Assembly (NCBI RefSeq): GCF_009914755.1
Contig: NC_060929.1
Length of the DNA: 64,000 bases
From: the human T2T-CHM13v2.0 reference genome, Homo sapiens
Reading direction: 5' to 3' (one strand)
Shown here: piece by piece, positions 1 to 12,847 of the stretch
How the letters are laid out: the number at the start of each line of letters is the position of its first letter
Position numbering within the stretch: position 1 is the first letter of the stretch
Position numbers and translations under genes: made by a program
Notes under the pieces: generated by a model
Told to the model about the DNA's origin: nothing
Databases searched by the model: none
Seen by the model: the letters and a program-made list of their open reading frames with translations, nothing else

Positions 1-13
1 ATTCAAACAAACA

Positions 14-209
14 GTTCTCCTGCCCCAGCCTCCAGAGCACCTAGGACTCCAGGTGCATGCTACCACACCTGACTAGTTTTTATATTTTTAGTAGAGATTG
101 GGTTTTACCATATTGGCCAGGCTGGTCTCAAACTCCTGACCGCAGGTGATCCACCTGCCTCAGCTTCCCCAAGGGCTGGGATTACAGGTGTGAGCCACCA
201 TGCCCAGCC
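14..209 (-). mobile_element. Alu, partial
   Basis: Antisense Alu consensus ...gggattacaggtgtgagccaccatgcccagcc. Confidence 0.9.
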
Positions 210-235
210 TATTTGTCACATTATTTGTCACATTT

Positions 236-539
<304 letters not shown>

Positions 540-1015
540 GTCACATTTCTAAACAAGCATGAAAGGGGTTCATTTTTGTCTTCTTCTTGCCTGCCGTCAG
601 CATGGTGGAAATGGCTCTGCCTATGCTCATGCTTCTGGTGCCCAATGCCTTGCACTGTGCCATTCAACACTATGAAGAGAAACAAGTAGCCACACCTCAA
701 AATAATGTGGCTGTCAACAACTGGCCTAAATAAACCTACACAAACCAGTACTTGCCTTTTGCTGGAAACATTGATTATGTGCTCCTCACGTAGTAGAAAG
801 CGGTATCCTGATTAGTCTAACAGTTGTGTTAGACTTTAGGGCCAGTATTGTCAGCATTTATTTATTTATGTACCTTTGTTATGATGGGATATTTTTCATT
901 TGAAACTTGTTCATAAAAATGTCAATGACATTGATGACTGATTTGTACATATTTTTCATATAGTTTTGTTTAAAAAATAATTCACGCAAAATCTTGAAGT
1001 CATTTTTGCTATTGA

Positions 1016-1021
1016 AATAAA
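1016..1021 (+). terminator. Polyadenylation signal of the plus-strand (OSMR) transcript
   Basis: AATAAA, second ATTAAA, downstream ttgtgtttt. Confidence 0.65.
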
Positions 1022-1099
1022 CCTTAATTAAAATATTTCATCATCACATTGTGTTTTATCTCCCTCAATGAAATGAAAATCTAGTAATTACTCAGTTTA

Positions 1100-1260
1100 G
1101 ATGATACATCACCTCATGAACTTACTAAATAAAAATGTAAATTCCTGGGTATGACTACAAACCTCTTAATCAGAATCTTTGGGGCATGGACCTGGAATCT
1201 ATTTTTTATCATCAGTTCCCAGGCATTCATCTACACACTAAACTTTGAGAATCACTCGCC
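1100..1260. mobile_element. MER5-like hAT-Charlie MITE remnant
   Basis: aattcctggg...aatcagaatct...tttgagaatcact resembles MER5 consensus. Confidence 0.55.
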
Positions 1261-2450
1261 TAAATCAAATGAAGTCTTTCTGAAATATAACAACATGCCA
1301 ATAGGAAATGCTGGGCTCTGTAACATTTGTCTTCATAGTATCACTATGACCTGTAGTCTTGGCTGTAAACATTTCGTCTCCAATGGTCATAACCAAATAA
1401 ATTCACGTTCAAAACCTTAGTTTTCAATACTATATGCCATCTTAACATGGCTTTAGGAAGTGCTATTCAGAAACTTTGAAATAATACATATTCATGTGTC
1501 AGGAAAATAATAATGGACAATTTCAAATAAATATATACACAAAAGTAGAATAGTTTAATAAACCACTATGTATCATCACTAGCCCCAATGGTCACTACCC
1601 ATGACTGTTTCAGCTCCATCCACACCCCTGTTCGCTTTCTCCTCACATTGTTTTGAAGCAAATCATGATATCATGATTTCATGTCAATATCTGAGTTCTC
1701 TAAATAAGCTCTACTTTTTCTAATAGTCATAATATTGTTAAAATTGCACCTAAAATCACAGTAATAATTCCTTAAAAAAAATCAATCAGGATATTTGGGT
1801 GGTGGATGGATGGGACTGGCATATATGGCCTTTACATCCTGCGTCAGCCTGTGCACGGTCCTCACCTGTGTGTGGGGGAACTCGACAATTCAAGATGGGA
1901 GTTGGGACCTCTTCACACAACAGTACGACTGCTGAAACGCTTCCTACATTCAAACACCTAACCCATACTAATTAGGGTCAACCTTGTTACCTACTAGAAT
2001 GTGTATTGATGAAGAACGTCAAGACTTACTTAATAATATCTTCTTATTAAACACTTCTAAGAGTTCTGTTGAAAGATGATAAGCTTTCATCTCAAATAAT
2101 TTACAAAGCATGTTAAAGCAGTCTGCATAAAGTAGAACTTTTAAAACTCTGGAAGAGAGAAAGTAGAAGACAGTTTTCACAACTTTCAGTTAAAATGTTT
2201 ACAACACAATAGGTATATTCAATTTGAAAGCATAGTTGTTTTATTCCTCTAAGCATTAAGGAAAGTTGTTTTAGTATATTTTAGTTTCTTAAAATCAATA
2301 CCGAAGTAGTACCGTATTTTTGAGTATTTTATATGCTAAAGTTTTAAAAATGAAACAATATTTTCCAAGTTCAGCTACATTAGGACTTTTTTAAAGGATC
2401 AGCGGCATGATGAATTTGTAAGTATGCTTTTTATTTCGGGGCCAACTACC

Positions 2451-2737
2451 TTTTTTTGAGACGGACTCTTGCTCTGTCGCCCAGGCTGGAGTGCAGTGGC
2501 ACGATCTTGGCTCACTGCAAGCTCCGCCTCCCAGGTTCACACCATTCCCTGCCTCGGCCTCCCTGTAGCTGGGACTACAGGTGCCGGCCACCACGCCCGG
2601 CTGATTTTTTTGTATTTTTAGTAGAGACGGGGTTTCACTGTGTTAGCCAGGATGGTCTTGATCGCCTGACCTCGTGATCCTCCTGCCTTGGCTTCCCAAA
2701 GTGCTGGCGTTACAGGCGTGAGCCACCGCGCCCGGCC
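2451..2737 (-). mobile_element. AluY-like
   Basis: CpG-rich antisense Alu with gcaagctccgcc and ttagccaggatggtc diagnostics; TSD core ggccaacta. Confidence 0.93.
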
Positions 2738-3324
2738 AAGAGGCCAACTATATTTTCAATGACATACACAGTGGAAGACATTGGGAAAAAATGATATACA
2801 GAAATTTGCCAAACTGTCCAAAACGTTTCTTGAAGTGAGACATACATTTTACCATATTTTATTAACAGACCCTAACTTCGACACTCAACTTTATCCTCCA
2901 GAATTGGTAATTTCTGTGTATGTTACTCTCTTTTGCCAGTAGGTAGCTGTAGGTAAGCTTATCCAATATCAGGGCAGTTTATGTGTGAGAAATCAAATAC
3001 CTTCCACAGAGAAGTCACCACTGTCATATCATCATCACTCATATTGTACATTATTTCCTAAAAAAATTCAGAGCTATTCTATCTAAAGACTGACCCATTT
3101 TCCAAATCCCTTTAGATATTTAAAAAACTACAAAGATGTTTAATTATGAAGTGTTTAAGAAGAGTATTACTTTAAAATATTTGTAACAGCCACTCTACAT
3201 GTCTGTGGTACCTAAAAGTCACTTTTGCTTGGAGTCACGTGTGTCAGCATCGGCATTACAGGACTCAAATCAAGGCCATATGACCACTGATTATTTTAAG
3301 ATTTCAAATAAAACAATGACAAAG

Positions 3325-6300
3325 TTTAAGAATTTTAAGTACATTTTATTAACAATGTATCCCTTTGATAAGATTATGCTTCAGGAGGCTTTTAATGCCC
3401 TTGACATAAACTATACACATTATACAAAAACAAGAAAATCACAACAAAAAAAATCAAGGTGAGCAAAACCATTTGGGGACAAATCTTATTTAAATTATAC
3501 ACAACTCAATGAAATATTCTTACAGAAAAAATATAAATACTTTTTCTTTCTATGTTACAGTTATACAATATAAATCAGATTTCAATGTCTGTTCAGTGAC
3601 CTACAAACACCAGAACCTCCAAATATGTAGCAGCGTATTACTAAATAAAAAAGAAGAAACTCATGTGGTTAGAGAGCATTAAGTCTGAGATTTTTTTCAC
3701 AATTCCTTACCACTTTTCAAAACTAGTTTACACCATTTGTTTTACAATGCAGCTTTAGGGTTTCTGACAGGTATTTTTGTAACAATTACCTATAAAATTT
3801 TTTTCACTCCCCCTCTCTGCCCCAAGACTTTGCATTTTGTGCTAAATCAACCAAGTAGCAAAATTGAAAGGTATGCTTTTTTTGGCATAAATTATATTTT
3901 TGAAATTAAATATTCTATAAAGAAAGTAAAACAAAATGTGCAATTTATGCATGCTGTGGTGCAGCTATCCGATACTTACATTACAAAAATACTCCAAACA
4001 GGAAAAAAGTCCACATTCTGTGAGTCATATAAACCTACTAGGAATGAAAAATACCCTGGAACTTGGAACTAAAAGAAGAAAAGAATGCTCCTAGAAAGAT
4101 TCTCACAGATTTCAGTGTTCTTTGATAAGCACTGCTATTAATTTCACTGGTATGCTTTTAAATGAGATTCTCACTGTAATGACACTCTTGAGATTAAGAT
4201 AGTAACAGTGTATTTTGTTAATGCAGAGACAATGGAGACTTCCTAACTTACATTTTGGAAAATCTGAAATGTTGGTTCATTCCAAATAGCTCCTCTAACA
4301 AAAGTCTCTCAATTTTACCTTTTCTTTTTTCCCCATGTTTTAATGGATTGTGAATCTGAGACAAAAGTGGAAGCATAAGACTAAAGGAGAAAAAACCTTA
4401 CTTCCAAAGAACATTTCCCAAAGTAGTTTACAAAGTTCATCTCACACAAAATTAGCACCTCACTCTTACCATGCAAAAATAACTGCAGTTATAATTTGAA
4501 TGACAGACAATTTGGTTTTTATTGCTTAATGATCTGTGCTTTAATGTGGGGATAAAAGGCATCCTCTGAATGGAATAACATTTTATATAAATAGCAGTAG
4601 GAAAATGTAAATAAGCATTGATATCCCACTGCTGAACACTTTGCCGTTGTGATATGCCCTGAAAAACTCAGCTTGAATTATCTCAAGCTCTAGATAAAAG
4701 AGCTGAAACCCATTAAAGTTGTCATTTCAAAAGGACTTGTACACATTATGTTAATAATGTATATACTTCCAAAGAGCCTCTTTTAATGTCACTGTCATAT
4801 AGAATGTCCATATTCTACTAATCGTTATTAGAAAAAATTTAATTAGGGAGAACAGACTGTTTCCCCCTTCCAATCTACCTAAGAATAAACAGGAAATAAA
4901 AGTATAGGAAATTTTAGAGCATATTTAATTATGAATACTAAATTTCTAATTTCCTTATTTATCAGTATTTACTTAGTATGTGAGGCTGAAATCTGTTCTT
5001 GAAAAAAAGTTCAATTAGAAATAACAATTCACTTTACGATTAGAAATTCATAGTTTACAACCAGCACAACTGCCCAGATTCCTCCCAATTATTCAATAAT
5101 TACCAATAGTACAAATTTATATGGACTAAGATTAATCCTAAAATCTTTAAAAACTACAGTATTGACATTATTTTGGTATTCTATAGTCTGTAATATCTAT
5201 TATTTATAGATGATTTTCTCAATTATTTCTATTACTGCTGATATCATTCCTAACCTCTTCTGCTATAATTTAATATTTTTAAACACTTAAGTTAATCACT
5301 TGGCACTGCATGTATTTTTCACCATAAAGTCTACTTTTTACAAACAAGTACTCAAAGAAAATGTATTAGACCTGTCAGTGAAATCATGGAGAAACCAAAT
5401 AGCACTATAAATTTAAGCGTAGACTTTTTTTTTTTTTTAGTATACTGATAACCACAAAGCTCTGAGTATCTCCCCAAAGTAAGTGATATAGGCAGATATG
5501 ATAAGGTATACATACATATTTTTCAAAGTAACAGTAAAAAAAAAAAACAAAAAAAAAAACACAAAACATTCAGGCCAATACTAACTAAGCCTTATTTCAG
5601 GATAGATGACCAAGGTGAGGGTACAGGGATAGTGATGGTGGGGGAGGGGGTGTGTGTGTGTGTAAGACAAAAAAAAAATTACTGTTAACTTTTGAGGGAT
5701 TAAACCACAGATTTTTATACTCTATATTAACTGAGGTAGTGTTTAAAATGAATGTCTAAAATATGTTAATCCCATTATGAATAAGATTACATTACTTCCT
5801 TTGGAGGTTTTAACCACTATTTGGTCTAGTAACTCTGACATTTGGTTCTCTGGAAAGGCAGTTTAGTTATCCAAGACCAAAGACCACGATGACAGGCAAC
5901 GTTCTTAGAAGTACTGTTGACATTTAAATAAACACTTGGGTTCAGTGATAAAGTATAAAAAAATTATTTATCTTCAACTGGATTTTATGAGAGAAAATCT
6001 GAAGAACCACTTTTCAACATAAGCAGCAGCTTACAGCCCTTATCTGCTTTGTTATAATGTAAGTTGCTACACAGTGCACATAAGAACAATTCACTGAAGT
6101 GCAGTCAAAGAGGTGTTATGAAGTGAGATGAAATGCTTCATCCCAACTGGAACTTTCAGTTCCAGTAAATAAATTTTTTAAAAAAGTATCTCTGTGAGTT
6201 ATGTTTTCTAGTTCACAGGGTTCTTTACAGAGATCTCAAAGAACAAGCCCATTACAAAAAGGATCTGCATCATGGGAAAATATTAATGTTGCTATGACTG

Positions 6301-7708
6301 TGTCAAAACTGATGTGTAATTGTAATAAAAATGTTATACACAAATGAATTAAAAAAGAATCCTAATCAGTCCAGCTGGATTTTCTATTTCTATTTATATA
6401 TAGATCTCAAAAAAGATAATCCTTTCATTTACAAGCATTCAAATGATGGCCATGCTATTTTTATATACAAATTTGCATATATGTTTAATTCCTGTAAAAA
6501 GTTCCAAATACCTTTAGACATATACAAATTAAACAAACAAAAACCTTGCCCTCATCAACTTAACTTCACAAATGGATAAAGGCAATTAATATACTCATAA
6601 ACCCACCTACCACTGCATTTAGTTTGTGCAAAACAAAAACACTGATATAAAAATTAAGTTACTGCTGCTTTAAAATTTGGTACTTAAGGCTTTTCACTAC
6701 AATTTTTCTCAATAACAAGCTTTATTAATGTTTTTTTTAAGGAAATATGGCTCTTCTTTCCCCATGGAATGTGTAAATTGCAAGCAAACTTATCTTTTCC
6801 TCAGGAGATCCAAAGTATTATTTAATGCTTTCCTATCCTTTAGGTCTAAACTAACAGTGCTTGTTCAAGTTCCTGTTTAAAGCGATGAGATGGAAAGTTG
6901 ATGAAAGTGGAAGTCCATTGCAAATATATGCATTCTATAAATGGGAAATATTTTTAATTAAAATAAAAAATGATTTTTAAATTTTATTCAAGAACTGTAG
7001 TGAAAAACCTTAATTGGTTCATATATCCTGTAATAACACATTGCAACAAAATGAAGAGTTGGAAAACAAGAATCTTTATGCAAGTCTAGTAACATAAAAA
7101 TAACTTATAAGTCCCGGGTTGTTGAGGCTCTTCTTCTGCTTTGAGGTTATAAACCTCTGAAGTAGTGTTACAAACATTAAGAAAAACGTGAAAGGGCCAA
7201 AGTTCCCTCTCTAATACCAGCAGTTATAGCACACCCCATTGTGGTAATAGGATGCAGCCTTAGAGACACTGATTCCTGCTTTCCACAAGTTAGTTAACAA
7301 ACAAGGCATCTGTATTATTTACCCTAAAAATCATTCAGAAATAACTTGTGAAGGGTGCTTCTGCATATCCCATTATTGTTCCACTGTCATTACGCTTTTA
7401 AAATGAAAGAAAATAGAAAACCTATGTAGGTATTCAGTGCTTGGCTCTTGCATACAATGGTAACTGAAACTCTTAAAACTGTGGTAATGAATCATGAACC
7501 CCTCAAAAGGCTCAACAAAGGAGAGAAGGAAGTTGTTTTGGTTAGGAAAGTCAGCAGTTCCAACTGTTCATGTACCAGTAACTGCGGAACAGTGTACAGA
7601 AGATACTCCTGTCTTTGCTGCCTAGTCAGTCGTATTTTCTGAGGCTTTTAGGAAATCCACAAATATGAATATATATAGTATGTATCTATATCCATCATAA
7701 ATATGAGG
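3325..7708 (-). other. RICTOR: RICTOR 3'UTR (~4.4 kb)
   Basis: Follows the TGA at 7709-7711; free of Alu/L1; ends near minus-strand AATAAA 3345-3350; exact end approximate. Confidence 0.85.
3345..3350 (-). terminator. RICTOR distal polyadenylation signal
   Basis: tttatt on + = AATAAA on -, with U/GU-rich sequence downstream on the mRNA strand. Confidence 0.8.
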
Positions 7709-7783
7709 TCAGGATTCAGCAGATGTATCAACTATAGGTTGCTTTGGTGGTGTTGCCAACACAGCCTCTGCTTCTTCATGCAT
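7709..7783 (-). CDS. RICTOR: RICTOR exon 38 (last), coding part
   Basis: AG|MHEEAEAVLATPPKQPIVDTSAES-TGA; includes T1695 (TPPK motif). Confidence 0.98.
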   Translation of the reverse strand: MHEEAEAVLATPPKQPIVDTSAES

Positions 7784-7857
7784 CTAGGGAAAAAATGGTG
7801 TATCATCAATTACTTTTATAAAAACAGATGATATAACATATTTATATAAATATCTAA

Positions 7858-8160
7858 TTTTTTTTTTTTTTTTGAGATAGGGTCTTGCTCAGTCTTCCCA
7901 GGATGCAGCACAATGTTGCCATCTTTGTTCATTGCAACCTCTGAGTCCTGGGTTCATATGATCCTCCCACCTCAGCCTCCCAAGTAGCTGGGAATACAGG
8001 CAGATGACACCAACCTCGGCTAATTAAAAAAAAAAAAAAACTGTGTTGACACGGTCTCACTATGTTGCCCAGGCTGGTCTTGAATTCCTGGGCTCAAGCA
8101 ATTCTCCCGCGCTGACCCCACAAAGTGCTGGGATTGTAGGCATGAGTCACCACACCCAGC
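7858..8160 (-). mobile_element. AluJ-like
   Basis: Diverged antisense Alu in intron 37. Confidence 0.9.
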
Positions 8161-8238
8161 TATAATCTGTATTTTAATTCAATTCAAACACAGAATTATT
8201 CTTGGAAGATAAATTTGAGAAGTACTAATCATACTTAC

Positions 8239-8377
8239 TTGTAGAAACTGTACATCTTGAAATAATTCTTGTATGAACCTCCGACACGGAAGTCTGAATG
8301 TGCAGTGTGACAGCAAATGGGAAACCTCAGAGTAAAGGCATATGTCATCAAATGTTTGAGGATACTTCTCCTTAATT
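8239..8377 (-). CDS. RICTOR: RICTOR exon 37
   Basis: 139 nt, IKEKYPQTFDDICLY...DVQFLQ, GTAAGT donor; carries C1651 (zinc ligand). Confidence 0.98.
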
Positions 8378-8938
8378 CTAAAATAAAAGATTATGGTGTG
8401 ATGAAAACTGTAATCATGATGTATCTATTTTTCCTCCAAGGTATCACTTACTTTAAAAATAGATTTCCCTACAGATATGGATTAGATGGCATACTTGGGG
8501 TGATGACTTGAGAATATAAAATATTAAATATTCCTGTCACACACTTAGACATTCTGAGTTTGGTTTTTTTTTTAAAAAAAAATGATTATCAAAACCTGAA
8601 TACTTCTTGTAAAATTGAAGCATTCTTTTTTATTGGCATGAGAAATTGCAAAATATATTTATCAGCCTAGGATGATTAAAATATGTTCCAAATTAAGTTT
8701 TAAAATAGAAATACATCTTTAAAGTTAAGTTATTAACATCCCTGACTGGGCTATTTCTTTGGATACTTCAAATAGCAGCTTTTAGCTAGGAAAGCACCTC
8801 AGAATCAGCTGTGAGTTGGGTGAGTGACCAGTTAAGGGCCCGCTCCCAGAGCTCCCAGCCCAGAGGTCTGCTGTGGGACCCTGATACCTATGTGGGACCC
8901 CAATACCTATATCACCCTTAAAAAAAAGCCCTACAGCT

Positions 8939-9315
<377 letters not shown>

Positions 9316-9349
9316 TTAAACCAAGAAAATATGACTTGTTACATGTAAG

Positions 9350-9750
9350 CCCACTTTCCTCAAACTTTTTGGTCTCAGGACTTACTTTCTTAAAAATTAC
9401 TGAAGACCCAAAAAAGCTTATTTTTGTGTGGGTTACAGCCACCATTAACTACTATATTAGAAATTAAAATTGAGAGAATTTCCTAACATGCATTAATTTA
9501 TTTTAAAAATAAATCCATTACATGTTAACATGTATTTTAATAAAAATAACTGTATTTTCCAAAAGTAAAAAAGTGAGAAGAGTGGCATTATTTTACATTT
9601 TTTGCAGATCTCTTCAAAAGTCTGGCTTAATAGAAGATAGCTGGATTCTCATACTTGCTTCTACATTCAATCTGTTGCCATATGTTGTTTTGGCTGAAGT
9701 ATTAAAGAAAATCTAGCCTCACACAGGTATGCAATGCAGTTTAGAACTAC
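9350..9750. mobile_element. hAT-Charlie (Charlie1-like) remnant
   Basis: 9600-9680 is the diverged reverse complement of 60535-60615; tttttggtctcaggac terminus. Confidence 0.6.
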
Positions 9751-9852
9751 TGATGTAAGTTAACTAGCCTAACTTTTGAAGTATTTCAAGTATCTTTTCT
9801 CGACTTAAAAAACAGAATAAACAAATAATACTCATGCACATAGTTTACTCAC

Positions 9853-9976
9853 GTTAAAAGCCCAGTCTCATGACATTTAGTTGAAACTGAACTACTCAAA
9901 TTAATGACTAATCTTAGAACTTCTTTGCGAAGGAGTATACGGCACATTGGTGTATCATCTGGAATTGTTTTAACAC
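9853..9976 (-). CDS. RICTOR: RICTOR exon 36
   Basis: 124 nt, VKTIPDDTPMCRILLRKEV...HETGLL, GTGAGT donor. Confidence 0.98.
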
Positions 9977-10319
9977 CTGAAAAGATTTCAGGGAGAAGTT
10001 AAATATTATCTATGTCACAATAAAATGATTAAAACTCATGAAATTTATTTTTAAACTTCACCTAAAGACCTAGAGATCAATTACACATGATCTACCAATC
10101 ATTTTGGGAGCAAAACTCTAATAAAAGCAGATAGCTAAGAGGCTCTATGTCAGTGGGTGATATAGGTGCAATAATTAACAGTGTTAAATTGCTTCACTAA
10201 AATGGACGTATTACTGTTTTGAGACAACTTTAATTTACAGTATTTACGAAAAACAAAACAAAACCAACTAATCAGAACAGTTTTACTAATAATGATTGGA
10301 TTTGAATCTGAAGACTCAC

Positions 10320-10475
10320 CTAGTAACAATTCTGTGCTTTTGGTGCTGCTAGCTGAGCCTTCTTGAGACACCCCATCACTGCATCCAGAAATCCCCGAAA
10401 ACTTAGAGGGAACCACTTCTAAAGGATTATGGATAGTCTGCTCACACCAATCAGAATATGGAATATCTTGAAAGT
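10320..10475 (-). CDS. RICTOR: RICTOR exon 35
   Basis: 156 nt, FQDIPYSDWCEQ...STELLL. Confidence 0.98.
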
Positions 10476-10897
10476 CTGAAGAAAAAAATAATTATTTCAA
10501 TTAAAGCACCATAACGGCTTAATTCCTGTGCTTACATTGCATGCTAAAAAGAAATAATATAAAATAACATCTTCTCTAATTGTATGCAATATACCAAACA
10601 CTTCCAAAACTTTTTTCCTCATAGAAAATGAAAATAACTACAGCATGCAAAGGGCCTGGACAGGGCTGTTCACAGTGGAAAAGACCTAATCCAGGGATCT
10701 GTCAGACTCAGGCCCCACTGTGACCTGGAACCGTGAGAGGATCAGCATCTCAGCATAACATAATTTGGCATATCAGTGTGCTGCAGCTCACCAGCTGGGA
10801 AACTCTGAATTAGAATACCAAAAAGAAATTTGGAAAAGTAAACCAGAGAACTTTAGTCATCACTAGGTTTTTCTGAAGGTGGGACGTGATCACTTAC

Positions 10898-11131
10898 CTG
10901 AATGACTACATATTGCACTCAGTTGGTTGCTGGGCTGGAAACCCAGAATTTCAATACAGACACAATAAAGGCAGTTATCATCTGTATGTTCCTGTAGTCC
11001 AGTGTCTTCTGTACTTTCTAAAAACAGAGAGGCATCTGAATGGATTGAATTCATTATTTCCGTAAGACTCATCTGCTGTCGTAGCAAGTGAAAAGAATTT
11101 TTTACAAGACCTCCAGTTCCAGATGGAAGAC
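10898..11131 (-). CDS. RICTOR: RICTOR exon 34
   Basis: 234 nt, LPSGTGG...EHTDDNCLYC (zinc ligands H1515/C1520/C1523)...CSHS. Confidence 0.98.
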
Positions 11132-11874
11132 CTGTGCATAAGTAAATATAAAACATAATCCAATAAAGATAATACTTTTCAAGGTACCTTAAATTATGTG
11201 AAATTTTAAAGAAAGCTTAAGCACATTTTATGACTCAAAATCTAACTGGAAAGAAAAAAAGAATAATTTGCTTTAAGTTATAAAAATAAGGAAAGCCAGC
11301 AGATGTTTATTATTTTAATATATAGTGTTTTAAATACAAAATGGAAAATTGAGATTATATAATACATCATTTCAATTATCGTCAATATTTGCCTAAAGAT
11401 ATGTAATAATTCTAAGTATAAAGAGGCATTTGTTTAAAAAGTCATTAAGAATATAAAGCTATAAAACCTGTGGCTTATATTTACATATTAAAATATAACA
11501 GTTCAAAACAAAGACCGTGTATTTTATAAGTACATTTCTTTCTCCTTACTCTAAACAAACAGCTATTTCCTGGATCTATGAGGATTAGTGTTATACATTG
11601 TTCATGTGCTACTTTTAAAAAACAGAAACAACTAATTTGGTTTCTATTTCCTTGAAAGGTTGAGTACTTCACTGAAAACACTGTTAAGTCCCTCACACAT
11701 ACACAAAAATGTGGTTTAATTTTAAGCTGACTTTAACAATTGTTTTGGTATAATTTTAAAGTTGATCCAAAAGTGAGTCTTCCTAAATTTTTAGTGTTAT
11801 CCTACTAGAAAGAACTAAGAGTTTTCTTTTTAATATAAAGAGGCATCTCACAAGTACAATGCACAATGCATTAC

Positions 11875-11959
11875 CTCCTGCATCATGGGCAAATGCTCTT
11901 GCACCTCGATCATCATGTGGTGGTATGTTTTTTGTCTGAAAATAGGGAATATCCTTTAC
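11875..11959 (-). CDS. RICTOR: RICTOR exon 33
   Basis: 85 nt, VKDIPYFQTK...AHDAG. Confidence 0.97.
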
Positions 11960-12669
11960 CTAAAAAAAGATATAAACCATGGTAAGTCCTGCTATAAAAA
12001 TAAGCCCACTTTATGAAAATTAGCAAAATTAAACAAAATAAAATTAAAATAGAATTACCATAGCATATGAACCTATAATCAAGTTTACTGAAGGTTCAAC
12101 TACCAAAACTTAACAAAATAACCCAAAAAGTCCTTATTATATTATTAGTGACTAAATGGACATTAATTATTTTAGCGTTTATCTAAAATGTCTTTCAACT
12201 TCTAAGAAAATGTGTTCTTTAGTACTATATACCATCTAGAGATCTGTGGGTATCTCCTGGGATTAGGGTCACCTTATATTACTGGGTACCACATATGGCT
12301 GGCTACCTTTTATGGGATAAATAGGAATGAGGATTTAAAAATGAGGTATAAGTTAAATGTGACTAAAAAACAAGTTAGAAATTTCATAAATTTCTACAGA
12401 GAAATATGGATAAAGAAATCAAATGAGATACTGATTTAATATGGGAAGAGAGGGAAGGATAATGTTCTAAGGACTAAATAAAAGAGTACAGAGTAGTTGA
12501 AAAGGGCAAAATAATTTTAATCTTAAAGTTTCTTTAAACAAAACGGTCTTAAAAATCATGCTGCCCCAAACTGGTGCCCACCCTAAATTATGATTTCTAG
12601 TAAGCAGTTACAGCATATGAAAAAATAGGAAACCAACTCATAGGAAAACAATAAAATGTATGATAATAC

Positions 12670-12847
12670 CTGGAATATATCATTTATATCCACCGGGAGA
12701 GCAAGACCAATGTAATCATCTGAACCCCCATATGTGGCACTGGACACCATGGACCGCACTGAGGAAGATCGTTGCAGGGTATTTTGATTAATAGGACTCA
12801 ATAAATCTTCTTTATCTAATGATGCATAACTTAAGGCTTTCATGAAC
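12670..12847 (-). CDS. RICTOR: RICTOR exon 32
   Basis: 178 nt, FMKALSYASLDK...DINDIFQ. Confidence 0.98.

Noticed and set aside
2397-2423. 21-nt plus-strand AG...GTAAGT pseudo-exon; also a C-box-like ATGATGA
   Set aside because: Poor pyrimidine tract, past the plus-strand poly(A) site, no clear D box or terminal stem
8872-8909. Imperfect 19-bp duplication; similar 15-bp duplication at 26871-26900
   Set aside because: Ordinary slippage duplications without functional context
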